Below are positions 25,085 to 34,466 of a stretch of DNA of 64,000 nucleotides, piece by piece. The translations under genes were made by a program, and so were the position numbers. The stretch lies in NCBI GenBank assembly GCA_964638955.1, contig CAZWZQ010000006.1, forward strand, positions 2,400 through 66,399. Direction: 5' to 3'. Every line of letters begins with the position of its first letter. Position 1 is the first letter of the stretch. The DNA comes from an uncultured Rikenellaceae bacterium. GTDB lineage: Bacteria; Bacteroidota; Bacteroidia; Bacteroidales; VadinHA17. Below the pieces are notes generated by a model that saw nothing but the letters and a program-made list of their open reading frames with translations, searched no databases and was not told the DNA's origin.

Positions 25085-27328
25085 ATGAAACGTTCAATCT
25101 TGAATAAGGGTTTATTTCTGACGGTTGCACTGGCAATATTGGTTATTTCAAAAAATCAGGCCCAGGACCTTAATTCAGCACTTCTACTGACAAAAAGTGA
25201 GCAGTATGATAATGCCGGAGAAATGTTACAGCAGTTGATTCAAAATGAGCCTTCAAACAGCAAATATTATTTCTATCTTGGAGAAAACAAGCTTCTGGAA
25301 TATTTTTCTGATACAATATCCAACTCATTTACTTTGGCTATTAATTCGGCAAAGGAAACGTATCAGAAAGGGGTTGATGCTGATCCGAATTATCCTCTCA
25401 ATTATGTTGGTCTTGCCAAAGTAGCATATTACAGTGGTGACGACAATACTGCTGATGAGATGCGTGCTAAGGCAAAAAGCTTCCTTCTGCCTTATAAGAA
25501 GATTAAAAAGATAAATCCCCCGGCCGATGTATATTCATTTACACTGGCAAAACTGGCCGAATCATATATTAAGGACAGGAAAGTTGACACTGCTGTAACT
25601 CTTCCACTGGTAAGGGAAGCAATAAGGATCGCTCCTAACAATCCGGAGATATATCTGATTGCAGGTGATATCTACATCCTCGCAAATGATGGATCGAATG
25701 CTATAAAGAACTATAACCTGGCACAGTTTGCCGACCCCACTTCGCCTACTGCAGCTATGAAGATCGGAAGTATTTACGTAAGAGGCAAGAGCCTGCAGTT
25801 TGCAGTTCCATATTTCGAGGAAGCTATAAGTCTCGATCCAAATTTTGCCCCTGCATACAGGGAGCTTGGCCAGCTCTACTGGATGGCCCAGCGACTTGAG
25901 CAGTCAAAGGCAAATTACAAGAAATATCTTGAACTGAGTGCCGGAAATATTCCTGCACAAACAAGGTATGTAACTTCACTCTTTTATGCCGGAGACTATG
26001 ATGAGGTAGTAAAAATTGTTGAAGAGATCCTTGCAATTGACGACTCAAGGTCATTCCTTAACCGACTTGCAGGCTATTCTTATTATGAAAAGAAAAACCC
26101 TGATTATGAGAAGGCTCAATACTATATGGAGCAATTATTCAATACAGTATCAGAAGAAAGAATATTATGGAAAGACCATCATTACATGGCAAGGATTCTG
26201 ATGAATAAGAACCAGAATTATCTAAAGATGGTTGATGAGCTTAACAGCATTCAGAAACAGCTTGATAAAGAAATATCAAGGTACTCTTCAGCTTCTTCTG
26301 CCATGAAATCAAAGATCAAACCTGCGCTGGATGAGCTTACAAGCAAGGTTGCCGAACAAAAAACCGCGGTTGAAAATGCCAGCGAAGAAATTGACAGGGG
26401 ATTCAGCGAATATGAAAAAGTTATTGAAATGAAACCCCAGGACAAAGCCGTATTAAGTGAAATGGCAATCAATTATTACAATTTTAAATTTTACAACAAG
26501 GCAGCTAAAACCTGGGCTAAAATGATAACTCCCGGTAAAGAAAAAGTTGAGGAATACATGCAGATCGGAAGAACATATTATATCGGTGAGAATTACAAGG
26601 CTGCAGACTCAACATTCAGTATTGTCATCCAAAAATGGCCTGAGGAAGTCCAGGCATACGTGTGGGTTGCCAGAACTTATTCCAAAATGGATCCCGATTA
26701 TAATTTGGGGTTTGCAAAACCAAAGTTTGAAAAAGTCATTGAAATGACAAAGTCAGACTCGCTGAAATATGAATCTGAAATGGCGGATGCTATGCAGTAT
26801 CTTGGATTTTATCATATGTCAAAAGAGAATTTTACAACATCAAAAAATTATTATAACAGGCTTATCAATCTTAATCCTGATAATAACGAAAATAAAATAA
26901 AAGGCTATAATGGATTAGGGTTGATAGAATTCCGTATGGCCTATAATGAAAAAGAGAATGAAAAGAGGCTGCCCTATCTTGCAAGATCAGCAAATGCATA
27001 CAACAATATTCTGGAAATTGATCCCAACAATGCCACAGCTAAAAATCAGATTAATACTATTCGTAATTTCGAAGCACAAGTAAGAAAAGGGATCAATCCT
27101 AATGAAATAAAAGGAGTTGTAAAGGATGCTGCAACGGGGCAGGGTATTGCATATGCTTCAATCAGGGTCAAAGACACTGCTGTTGAAAACCTTAGCAACA
27201 CTCGTGGCGAATATAAATTTGAAATTCCACAGGGCTCTGAAATGCTGGTGATATCTGCCGAAGGATACAAAACTAAAGAGATCCCGGTAACAGCATCCAG
27301 AACTTATAACGTTTCTCTTGAAAAATAA
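25085..27328 (+). CDS. TPR-repeat protein with a C-terminal carboxypeptidase-regulatory-like (CarboxypepD_reg) domain
   Basis: About 747 aa from the ATG (MKRSILNKG..., signal peptide). It has multiple TPR-like Ala/Tyr/Pro repeats and the C-terminal GVVKDAATGQGIAYASIRVKDT...GEYKFEIP. Confidence 0.75.
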   Translation: MKRSILNKGLFLTVALAILVISKNQAQDLNSALLLTKSEQYDNAGEMLQQLIQNEPSNSKYYFYLGENKLLEYFSDTISNSFTLAINSAKETYQKGVDADPNYPLNYVGLAKVAYYSGDDNTADEMRAKAKSFLLPYKKIKKINPPADVYSFTLAKLAESYIKDRKVDTAVTLPLVREAIRIAPNNPEIYLIAGDIYILANDGSNAIKNYNLAQFADPTSPTAAMKIGSIYVRGKSLQFAVPYFEEAISLDPNFAPAYRELGQLYWMAQRLEQSKANYKKYLELSAGNIPAQTRYVTSLFYAGDYDEVVKIVEEILAIDDSRSFLNRLAGYSYYEKKNPDYEKAQYYMEQLFNTVSEERILWKDHHYMARILMNKNQNYLKMVDELNSIQKQLDKEISRYSSASSAMKSKIKPALDELTSKVAEQKTAVENASEEIDRGFSEYEKVIEMKPQDKAVLSEMAINYYNFKFYNKAAKTWAKMITPGKEKVEEYMQIGRTYYIGENYKAADSTFSIVIQKWPEEVQAYVWVARTYSKMDPDYNLGFAKPKFEKVIEMTKSDSLKYESEMADAMQYLGFYHMSKENFTTSKNYYNRLINLNPDNNENKIKGYNGLGLIEFRMAYNEKENEKRLPYLARSANAYNNILEIDPNNATAKNQINTIRNFEAQVRKGINPNEIKGVVKDAATGQGIAYASIRVKDTAVENLSNTRGEYKFEIPQGSEMLVISAEGYKTKEIPVTASRTYNVSLEK

Positions 27329-27470
27329 TATTCAGATCCGGGAAATTATTTCAAAAAAAAATTAGGGTATAGAGGTAAATTAACGGTCTTATTGATTGAG
27401 GATGTTATACTAACCAATCAAAAAGAACAATAATATCATAATTTATTTGAAAAAAACAATTGATAATATA

Positions 27471-27478
27471 TATATTTG
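27471..27478 (+). promoter_or_regulatory. Bacteroidota -7 promoter motif TATATTTG
   Basis: Exact TAnnTTTG match 38 nt upstream of the exbB ATG. Confidence 0.5.
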
Positions 27479-27516
27479 CGAATTGTTAAATCTTAAACCT
27501 AAACAAATCGATTAAA

Positions 27517-28335
27517 ATGAGTAAAGGAAGTAGTAGATTCAAAGATGCGCTGCAGAATATATTTGCGGCAAGTGCTATTTTAATAGCTTTTGTGGTATCC
27601 TATTTATTATTTGTCAATATAATGGGTAATCCGGTTAACTTCGAAGGGGGTAATCCCAAAGGCCAAGCTCTTGAAGGGAACTATCTGGGGATCATATATA
27701 AAGGTGGTTTCATTGTTCCTATTCTTATGACTTGTGTTCTATCGCTTATAATCTTCGTTTTTGAAAGGTTGATCACACTTTCAAGAGCTAAGGGAAAAGG
27801 CAGGTTAAACTCATTTGTCCGCCAGCTTCAGACTCTCCTTAATGAAGATAAAATTGAAGAGGCCATGGATGCTTGCGATAAGCAAAAGGGTTCTCTGGCC
27901 AATGTTATGAAAGCAGGCCTGATACGTTACCGTGACCTTCAGAAGGACAAGGAACTTGAGAAAGACCAGAAGATCCTTTCTATCCAGAAATCCTTCGAAG
28001 AAGCCACTGCACTCGAATTACCCATGCTGTCAAGGAACATGGTAATTTTCTCAACTCTGGCTTCCATATCAGTGTTAATAGGTCTTATTGGAACAGTGTT
28101 AGGAATGATTCGTGCATTCGCTGCACTTGCTCAGTCAGGAGCTCCTGATGCATTAGCTCTCTCACAGGGTATATCTGAAGCTCTTGTAAATACCGCGTTC
28201 GGTATCACAGGATCGACTTTATCAATCATTGCCTTCAATTATTTCTCAACATCAGTTGATTCATATACATATAAAATAGACGAAGCAGGATTCAGCCTTA
28301 CGCAAAATTTTGCCACATCCCTTAAAACCGTATAG
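27517..28335 (+). CDS. exbB: MotA/TolQ/ExbB proton-channel protein
   Basis: 272 aa. It has three TM segments and the conserved LIGLIGTVLGMIRAF...GISEALVNTAFGI block. Confidence 0.9.
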   Translation: MSKGSSRFKDALQNIFAASAILIAFVVSYLLFVNIMGNPVNFEGGNPKGQALEGNYLGIIYKGGFIVPILMTCVLSLIIFVFERLITLSRAKGKGRLNSFVRQLQTLLNEDKIEEAMDACDKQKGSLANVMKAGLIRYRDLQKDKELEKDQKILSIQKSFEEATALELPMLSRNMVIFSTLASISVLIGLIGTVLGMIRAFAALAQSGAPDALALSQGISEALVNTAFGITGSTLSIIAFNYFSTSVDSYTYKIDEAGFSLTQNFATSLKTV

Positions 28336-28379
28336 TAATAAATTTATCTTTTGGATTAATCATATAAGAAAAAACTGTA

Positions 28380-29018
28380 ATGCCAAAGATTAAATTACCA
28401 ACAAAGTCACCCCGAATCGACATGACGCCGATGGTTGACCTCTTTTCGGTAGTACTTATTTTCCTTATGCTTACCACTACAATGAGACAACCTGAACCGG
28501 CCATTGTTGATACTCCATTTTCAATATCAGAAAAACCTACACCTGATTTTAATATGATGACTTTCCTCATTTCAAATGATGGAAAAGTCTTCATGAATTT
28601 CGATAACGGCCCTGATACCCTGCTTGCATACAGACCAAAAATTCTGGAGGATATGGGTAAAAGATATGGTATCGAATTTACTCAGGAAGAACTGAGAACT
28701 TTTGAAAAATATAAATCTTCACTGGGAGTCCCGATAATGCAGATGAAAGAATTCCTGAACACTAAAAATAGTAAAGCAAGGGATGAGCTGCAGGTTGGAA
28801 TTCCTTTGGACTCAGCCGACAATCAATTGGCAATGTGGATATTGTATGCACGCCAGGAGAATCCGAATATTAACGCTTGTATAAAAGGAGATGCCAGGGC
28901 TGAATTCCCGGTTGTTAAGAAAGTTCTGGATATACTTCAGGAAAGGAATGTGAGCAGGTTTAATCTGATTACCAGTCTTGAAGCAGCTAAAATTAACTTA
29001 GAAGAAATACAACAGTGA
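28380..29018 (+). CDS. exbD: ExbD/TolR biopolymer transport protein
   Basis: 212 aa. It has the N-terminal motif IDMTPMVDLFSVVLIFLM. Confidence 0.88.
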   Translation: MPKIKLPTKSPRIDMTPMVDLFSVVLIFLMLTTTMRQPEPAIVDTPFSISEKPTPDFNMMTFLISNDGKVFMNFDNGPDTLLAYRPKILEDMGKRYGIEFTQEELRTFEKYKSSLGVPIMQMKEFLNTKNSKARDELQVGIPLDSADNQLAMWILYARQENPNINACIKGDARAEFPVVKKVLDILQERNVSRFNLITSLEAAKINLEEIQQ

Positions 29019-29019
29019 T

Positions 29020-29685
29020 ATGGCAGAAATAATTCAGGAAGAAAAAGGAAAAGACGGGAAGAAGAAAACCAAAAAGCATCCGCCGCATATCGACATGACA
29101 CCTATGGTAGACCTTATGTGTCTTCTTATTGTCTTCTTTATGCTTACAACTGCTTTCAGTAAAGCCAAGATCATGGAGATTGTACTCCCCGAGAAGCTAA
29201 AGGATCCTAATCAGGAAGCCCCGAAGATTTCAGCGAGCCGTACCCAGAATATTATTCTTGGTCCGGAAAATAAAATCTTTTATTATCCGGGAACTGTAAA
29301 AGCTGAGGATTATAATAACCTGCCACCGCTCAGGGAAACTGATTTCAGCGCCACAGGTGTCCGTCAGATACTCCTTGGGTGGAACAGAACATTGTTCAAA
29401 AAGATTGATGATTTTAAACAGCAGGTTCTCAGAGGGGAAATAGAGATTTCCCAGGATTCTGTTCAGGGTGCAATCCGAAAGCTTAAAAATGATGATGATA
29501 CCGGACCTATTGTGCTTATAAAAGCGTACAAGGAAGCAAATTACGGGAATTTCGTCGACATACTGGATGAGATGAATATCTGCGGAGTTGCTCATTATAT
29601 GTTTGTTGATATTGCCTTTTATGAAGAGAAGATGGTGGAAGCAGCCGCCGGCATCAGTTCTGCTGAAGAATCATCATCCAATTAA
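29020..29685 (+). CDS. exbD: ExbD/TolR biopolymer transport protein (second copy)
   Basis: 221 aa. It has the motif IDMTPMVDLMCLLIVFFMLT and starts 2 nt after the previous stop. Confidence 0.88.
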   Translation: MAEIIQEEKGKDGKKKTKKHPPHIDMTPMVDLMCLLIVFFMLTTAFSKAKIMEIVLPEKLKDPNQEAPKISASRTQNIILGPENKIFYYPGTVKAEDYNNLPPLRETDFSATGVRQILLGWNRTLFKKIDDFKQQVLRGEIEISQDSVQGAIRKLKNDDDTGPIVLIKAYKEANYGNFVDILDEMNICGVAHYMFVDIAFYEEKMVEAAAGISSAEESSSN

Positions 29686-29703
29686 TCTGTAAATCTTAAA
29701 AAA

Positions 29704-30483
29704 ATGGCAAAAGAAAAGATAAAAGCTCCTGCCTTCGATGACATAGTCTTCGAAATTAGGAATAAAGAGTACGGAGCTTACAGGTTACGCAAGAAATACA
29801 GCCGTAACGTGCTGATCGCAACTGTGTTAGGAGTTATCATTATAGCTACGGCTATTATCACTCCGTACCTTAATGCCAAGGCTATTGAAGGCAGGCAAAA
29901 AAGGACAGAAAGAGAAGTTGAGATAACGATGGAAAACCTTGATCAGCCAACCGATTTAGTAGCTCCTCCTCCTCCTGCCCCGCCTCCTCCCCAGGAGACC
30001 GTCCAGCAGGCAAAATATGTTCCGCCAATGGTTGTTGACTCTGTCAAACCCGAGGAAACCGTACAGCTCATGACTGCTGACGATGCCCAGATTGAGATTC
30101 AGAACGAAGAGGTTGTTGAATATGTTGAACCAGTGAAGGAAGAGATACAGGAGGAAGAACCTGAAATCGAACCTTTTGTGGTCGTTGAAGAAATGCCAAT
30201 GTTTCCAGGCGGGGAACAAGCCCTTCTGCAGTATATCCGAGAACATACAAATTACCCTGAAGTTGCCAAGGAAAACAATATCCAGGGCAGGGTTATCGTG
30301 AGATTCTGTGTAACTTCCAAGGGTGGTGTCAACCAGGTCAGCGTACTTAAAGGCGTTGATCCGGAACTTGATGAAGAAGCCATGAGGGTAGTCTCAACGC
30401 TTCCTGCATTTAAGCCGGGGAAACAGGGTGGTCAACCGGTACCGGTATGGTATATGGTACCTATTACATTTGCTCTTAAATAA
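29704..30483 (+). CDS. tonB: Energy transducer TonB
   Basis: 259 aa. It has an N-terminal anchor, a Pro-rich spacer APPPPAPPPPQE, and a C-terminal TonB_C domain (MPMFPGGEQALLQYI..., GRVIVRFCVTSKGGV, KPGKQGGQPV). Confidence 0.92.
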   Translation: MAKEKIKAPAFDDIVFEIRNKEYGAYRLRKKYSRNVLIATVLGVIIIATAIITPYLNAKAIEGRQKRTEREVEITMENLDQPTDLVAPPPPAPPPPQETVQQAKYVPPMVVDSVKPEETVQLMTADDAQIEIQNEEVVEYVEPVKEEIQEEEPEIEPFVVVEEMPMFPGGEQALLQYIREHTNYPEVAKENNIQGRVIVRFCVTSKGGVNQVSVLKGVDPELDEEAMRVVSTLPAFKPGKQGGQPVPVWYMVPITFALK

Positions 30484-30502
30484 AATCGATTTGTGATTAT
30501 AG

Positions 30503-30532
30503 AAAAAGGGCTTTTTAACAAGCCCTTTTTCT
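30503..30532. terminator. Bidirectional intrinsic terminator between tonB and ltaE
   Basis: AAAAAGGGCTT ... AAGCCCTTTTT: a GC-cored stem flanked by an A-run and a T-run. Confidence 0.75.
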
Positions 30533-30595
30533 ATTCATCAGCCCCAAATCCCCTAAAGGGGGCACTGTGACGTTTATAGTCAGCGAAGTGGATCT

Positions 30596-31624
30596 TTAAG
30601 ATTTCAATTCTTTTTTTAGCAGTTTCACAAATTGATCAATATCCTCTTCCGTAGTGTCCCAGCTTGTCATTAACCTGTATTCCGAGGTTTTCTCATCCCA
30701 CGGATAAAAGAAATATTCCTGCCTAACTTTCTCTGCTGTCTCAACCGGAATTATTACAAAAACACCATTTGACTCAACCTTCTGAGTAATTTTCACCTGA
30801 CTGATATCTGCCAGTCTTTCCGCCAGGATCCCGGCCATCGAGTTTGAATGTAATGCACATTTTTTCCACAGGTCATCTCTGAACCAGGCTATAAACTGTG
30901 CCGATATGAATCTCATCTTTGATGCCAGCTGCATACCCTGCTTCCTGATATATTTAAAATCGTGAGACAATCCCGGTGTAAGGAAACATACCGCTTCTCC
31001 TGACATCATTCCGTTTTTTGTTCCCCCAAATGATAATATATCAACACCTGCATCAGTCGTAAAATCCCTAAAAGGCCGGTTCAGGGATACCGCGGCATTT
31101 GCTATCCTTGCACCATCCATATGCAGCAGCATACCTCCGGAATGAGTATAATCAGCTATTCTTTTTATTTCCTGAATACTATAAACAGTACCCAGCTCGG
31201 TCGATTGCGTAATGGATATCACCCTGGGCTGTGAATGATGTTCAAAGTCCAGACCATGTATATGTTTCTCAACCATTTCAACGGATATCTTTCCATCAGG
31301 CGTATCAACAGTCAGCACTTTACATCCCGTGAATTTTTCCGGAGCACCACACTCATCCTGCTCCAGATGAGCAGTAAATGCAGTTATTATTGAATTCCAT
31401 GATTTTACTACTCCGCTAATGCTCAATACATTAGCTGCAGTACCTGTAAATACAAAGAAGACCTCTGCATCTCTCCCAAGATGTTCCTTAAACAACTGTT
31501 CTGCCTGTTCGGTATATATATCCGATCCATAACCAATCACATGGCCGTTGTTTACCTTCTCGATTTCCTTCAGGATATCGGGATGGACACCGGCATTATT
31601 ATCGCTTGCAAAACCTCTTTTCAT
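30596..31624 (-). CDS. ltaE: Low-specificity L-threonine aldolase (PLP-dependent)
   Basis: Motifs: MKRGFASDNNAGVHP..., TGTAANV, HMDGARI, SFGGTKNG (PLP Lys). I prefer the ATG at 31624 over the track start at 31663. Confidence 0.88.
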   Translation of the reverse strand: MKRGFASDNNAGVHPDILKEIEKVNNGHVIGYGSDIYTEQAEQLFKEHLGRDAEVFFVFTGTAANVLSISGVVKSWNSIITAFTAHLEQDECGAPEKFTGCKVLTVDTPDGKISVEMVEKHIHGLDFEHHSQPRVISITQSTELGTVYSIQEIKRIADYTHSGGMLLHMDGARIANAAVSLNRPFRDFTTDAGVDILSFGGTKNGMMSGEAVCFLTPGLSHDFKYIRKQGMQLASKMRFISAQFIAWFRDDLWKKCALHSNSMAGILAERLADISQVKITQKVESNGVFVIIPVETAEKVRQEYFFYPWDEKTSEYRLMTSWDTTEEDIDQFVKLLKKELKS

Positions 31625-31784
31625 TGTCATAGGTATCTTTCCAATGCCTGATAGGGGGAGCATGGTTCTGTAAAGCCATCACCACACCATTTTCCTCACC
31701 CATCTTTGCTGCCGACGTGACACCGCCAAGCATCGTGGCACCGGCAGCTGCACCAGATGTTTCGATAAATTTTCTACGGTTCAT
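31599..31784 (-). pseudogene. Remnant: Tat-signal peptide fused to a fragment resembling a xylose-isomerase-like TIM-barrel (sugar phosphate isomerase/epimerase)
   Basis: From the ATG at 31784: MNRRKFIETSGAAAGATMLGGVTSAAKMGEENGVVMALQNH..., then unrelated residues. It combines a twin-arginine motif with an ...GV.MALQNH block. It is only about 61 aa, squeezed into the 190-nt gap, and overlaps the ltaE start. Confidence 0.4.
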
Positions 31785-31813
31785 AGGTTCAGGATTAACA
31801 GTTAAACTTAATT

Positions 31814-33022
31814 TTATCGGATTTTCGATCCTTTTATAGCAAAGAAAGTGATATAAGCGTAATACACAAATAAGCAGCATATTGCGATAACAAGACCAAT
31901 ACTTTTCTGAATACCTCCCATCATTATTGGCAACAATGCAGCCCCGATTACAGAAGTTGAAATGACCCCGGAGCCAACTTTGGTATGCGGGCCAAGATCA
32001 ACCAGAGCCAGGTTATAGATACACGGCCACATTATCGAATGCATGAGTCCGGTTCCAAGGAACAGGATCAGTGCTATCCGGTTTAATCCCATACTACCCA
32101 GCACCAGTGACACTAATAACATTACAGCTCCGGCTACTGCATTAAAGCTGAGTATCTTCGTTGCAGTAAATTTCCGTAGTATAAATATACCGGCAATACG
32201 TCCCACCATCAGGCCTGCCCAGTAGTAAGCCAGCAATCGTGTCCGCATTTCCCCATCGAAATTGAATTCCAGTTTTCCTGAATAATCGGCAAAGAAGCTT
32301 GGTATTCCTATTTCGATGCCCATATAGAAGAAAATAGCCAGTGATCCGAGCCACATGTGCGGGTATTTATAAGCACTGGATTTAATTTTTTTGGCTACTC
32401 CTTCTTCTACTTCATCTTCTTCTTTAATTTCAGGCAGCTTAAGGAAAAACATGACAATCACGATAACAAGGGTGATTATTCCTATTCCTGCAAACGGACC
32501 CTGTACAGCTTTAGGATCAGAAGCACTGCCGATTGCAGATGAAACGATCAGCGATGAAACGAAAATAGGTGCAATTACCGTAGCTACGGAGTTAAGGGCA
32601 TTTGTAAGAGTCAGTCTGCTGGCTGCTGTTTCAGGTGTACCCAGTGCATTCACATAAGGATTGGCAGCAACCTGCAGCATGACAACTCCAAAGGCAAAAA
32701 CTGAAACAGCGCTCAGGAAGCCGTAATAACCAATAGCCACACCGGGTATACATAAGAAGAAACCGATACTCACAAGCGCGACTCCGGCTACCACACCGTA
32801 CTTATAGCCTATCCGGTTTAACAGATAACCCACCGGTATTGACAGAATATAAGCTCCATAAAAGAATGTGTTCGGAAGTTGTTTTTCAACCTCGTTTAGT
32901 CCGAAAGCACCTTTCAGGTAATCGATCAGCGAGTTGTTCATTGTGGTGATAAAGCCCAACAGGAAAAACAGTGAGGCCATCACTATCAATGGAAACAGGT
33001 ACTTTGCATTTTTGCTTTGCAT
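31814..33022 (-). CDS. MFS sugar:H+ symporter, FucP/GluP (fucose/glucose/galactose) type
   Basis: 402 aa with 12 TM segments. N-terminus: FFLLGFITTMNNSLIDYLKGAFGLNEVEKQL. Confidence 0.88.
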   Translation of the reverse strand: MQSKNAKYLFPLIVMASLFFLLGFITTMNNSLIDYLKGAFGLNEVEKQLPNTFFYGAYILSIPVGYLLNRIGYKYGVVAGVALVSIGFFLCIPGVAIGYYGFLSAVSVFAFGVVMLQVAANPYVNALGTPETAASRLTLTNALNSVATVIAPIFVSSLIVSSAIGSASDPKAVQGPFAGIGIITLVIVIVMFFLKLPEIKEEDEVEEGVAKKIKSSAYKYPHMWLGSLAIFFYMGIEIGIPSFFADYSGKLEFNFDGEMRTRLLAYYWAGLMVGRIAGIFILRKFTATKILSFNAVAGAVMLLVSLVLGSMGLNRIALILFLGTGLMHSIMWPCIYNLALVDLGPHTKVGSGVISTSVIGAALLPIMMGGIQKSIGLVIAICCLFVYYAYITFFAIKGSKIR

Positions 33023-33065
33023 ATTTGCTGATTTTATGTTAAAGATTATGATTTAGTATGTCGCT

Positions 33066-34349
33066 TTATAATTCCACTTTCCCTGCTCCCTGATTTCTTA
33101 TAAACAGCTTGTGACAGGCTCCTTTTCCATAGAAATGTTCAAGCGTTTCGATATATCTGTCGAGAAAATTTTGTGGTACAAAGGCCTGAATGGTACCGGC
33201 AAAGCCACCGCCATGTACGCGCCATGCCCCCTCTCCTTTAAGCACCAGATCACTCAGGGCCAAAGCAAGCGATACTCCCTGTTCCCTGACATTACTCGCT
33301 GGGAAAATATTCTGGTTATACATAAAGGAGCTATAACCAGAATCGATTACCATCCCTAAAAAAGCTTTAAAATCATTTCTCTCAAGGGCTGCCACCTGGT
33401 CTACAACACGCTGGTTATCACCCTGAAAATGAATGGCACGCAGTATTGCACGATCTCCTACCTTTTCGCGTATCCCGGGTGCGATTTCAAGGATCTGTTC
33501 AAGTGTTACCTCCCTCAGGACTTTTGCTCCCAGCTCGGCAGCAACAGCTTTCATATCCGCAGGAAGTGAAGCATATTCATCATTAAGGTCGGCATGACTG
33601 CCGCCTGTATTTGTTATAACCAGTGCAAAACCTGTTGCAATAAAATCGAAATTTACTTTTTTTACTATGGGTTTTAAGGGATCAGCAAAATCAATTGTTA
33701 TCAAACCTCCCATTGCACAGGCAGTCTGATCCATTAATCCGCAGGGTTTGCCGAAATAATTATTCTCAGAATACTGTCCGATGATCGCATTTTTAATGGG
33801 GTCTACTTTTCCATTATTGAAAAGATGGCTCAGGATAGCACCAATCAGCACTTCAAATGAAGCTGAGGAGCTTAATCCGGAACCTTTCGGGACACCTCCA
33901 TCAATACATGCATCAAAACTTCCTATAGCAAAGCCTTGTTCCTTAAAACGCGAACAAATGCCCCTCACCAGTGCTGCTGAAGTATATTTTTCGTTTATAT
34001 CGGGTTCCAAAGAGGACAAATCAACCTCAAATCGCGGATACCCTTCCGACAAAATTCGTATAATATTAGTATCGTTCCGGGCCGTGACAGATACTATATC
34101 CAGGTTTACTGCACCGGCAAGTACACGACCCCAATTGTGATCAGTATGATTGCCGCCGATTTCAGTACGGCCAGGAGAAGTGAAAAATTCAATATCTGAA
34201 GTACCGTATGCAGATTTAAACTGATTCAAGAGATTACTATATCTCTCTGCATTACGTTTTAATTCAGCCGGATCATTTCCGTACAATTCGCGGAAAGCTT
34301 TGTTATCACCATTATTGATCTTCATGATAAGATTTTCTGCTGTTGCCAT
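33066..34349 (-). CDS. galK: GHMP-family sugar kinase, galactokinase-like (long form, atypical signature)
   Basis: 427 aa. It has GRTEIGGNHTDHNWG in place of the classical GEHxDY signature, and a GHMP ATP motif PKGSGLSSSASFEV. Confidence 0.75.
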   Translation of the reverse strand: MATAENLIMKINNGDNKAFRELYGNDPAELKRNAERYSNLLNQFKSAYGTSDIEFFTSPGRTEIGGNHTDHNWGRVLAGAVNLDIVSVTARNDTNIIRILSEGYPRFEVDLSSLEPDINEKYTSAALVRGICSRFKEQGFAIGSFDACIDGGVPKGSGLSSSASFEVLIGAILSHLFNNGKVDPIKNAIIGQYSENNYFGKPCGLMDQTACAMGGLITIDFADPLKPIVKKVNFDFIATGFALVITNTGGSHADLNDEYASLPADMKAVAAELGAKVLREVTLEQILEIAPGIREKVGDRAILRAIHFQGDNQRVVDQVAALERNDFKAFLGMVIDSGYSSFMYNQNIFPASNVREQGVSLALALSDLVLKGEGAWRVHGGGFAGTIQAFVPQNFLDRYIETLEHFYGKGACHKLFIRNQGAGKVEL

Positions 34350-34466
34350 AGATATATGATTTGTAAGTTACGGACTATTGTAAAAATAATAATTGTCAGG
34401 TAATAAAGTACAGAGGCCGTCTCAAAATAATGAAACAGCCTCTGATTTTTTTCGGTTAAAAAGGTA

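Noticed and set aside
30541-30563. GC-rich hairpin GCCCCAAATCCCCTAAAGGGGGC as a fourth copy of the GC-rich element family
   Set aside because: It shares the GC-island-in-spacer character, but none of the conserved modules (CCTCCTGGGAGA, CYTGTCC, GGGAGG...GGGTGGGT). It is probably an unrelated hairpin near the convergent terminator.
31599-31880. 93-aa ORF treated as an intact gene
   Set aside because: Its first 32 codons overlap the 3' end of the fucP-type gene in another frame, and its 3' end overlaps the ltaE start. Only the internal Tat-signal segment looks genuine, so I report it as a remnant instead.
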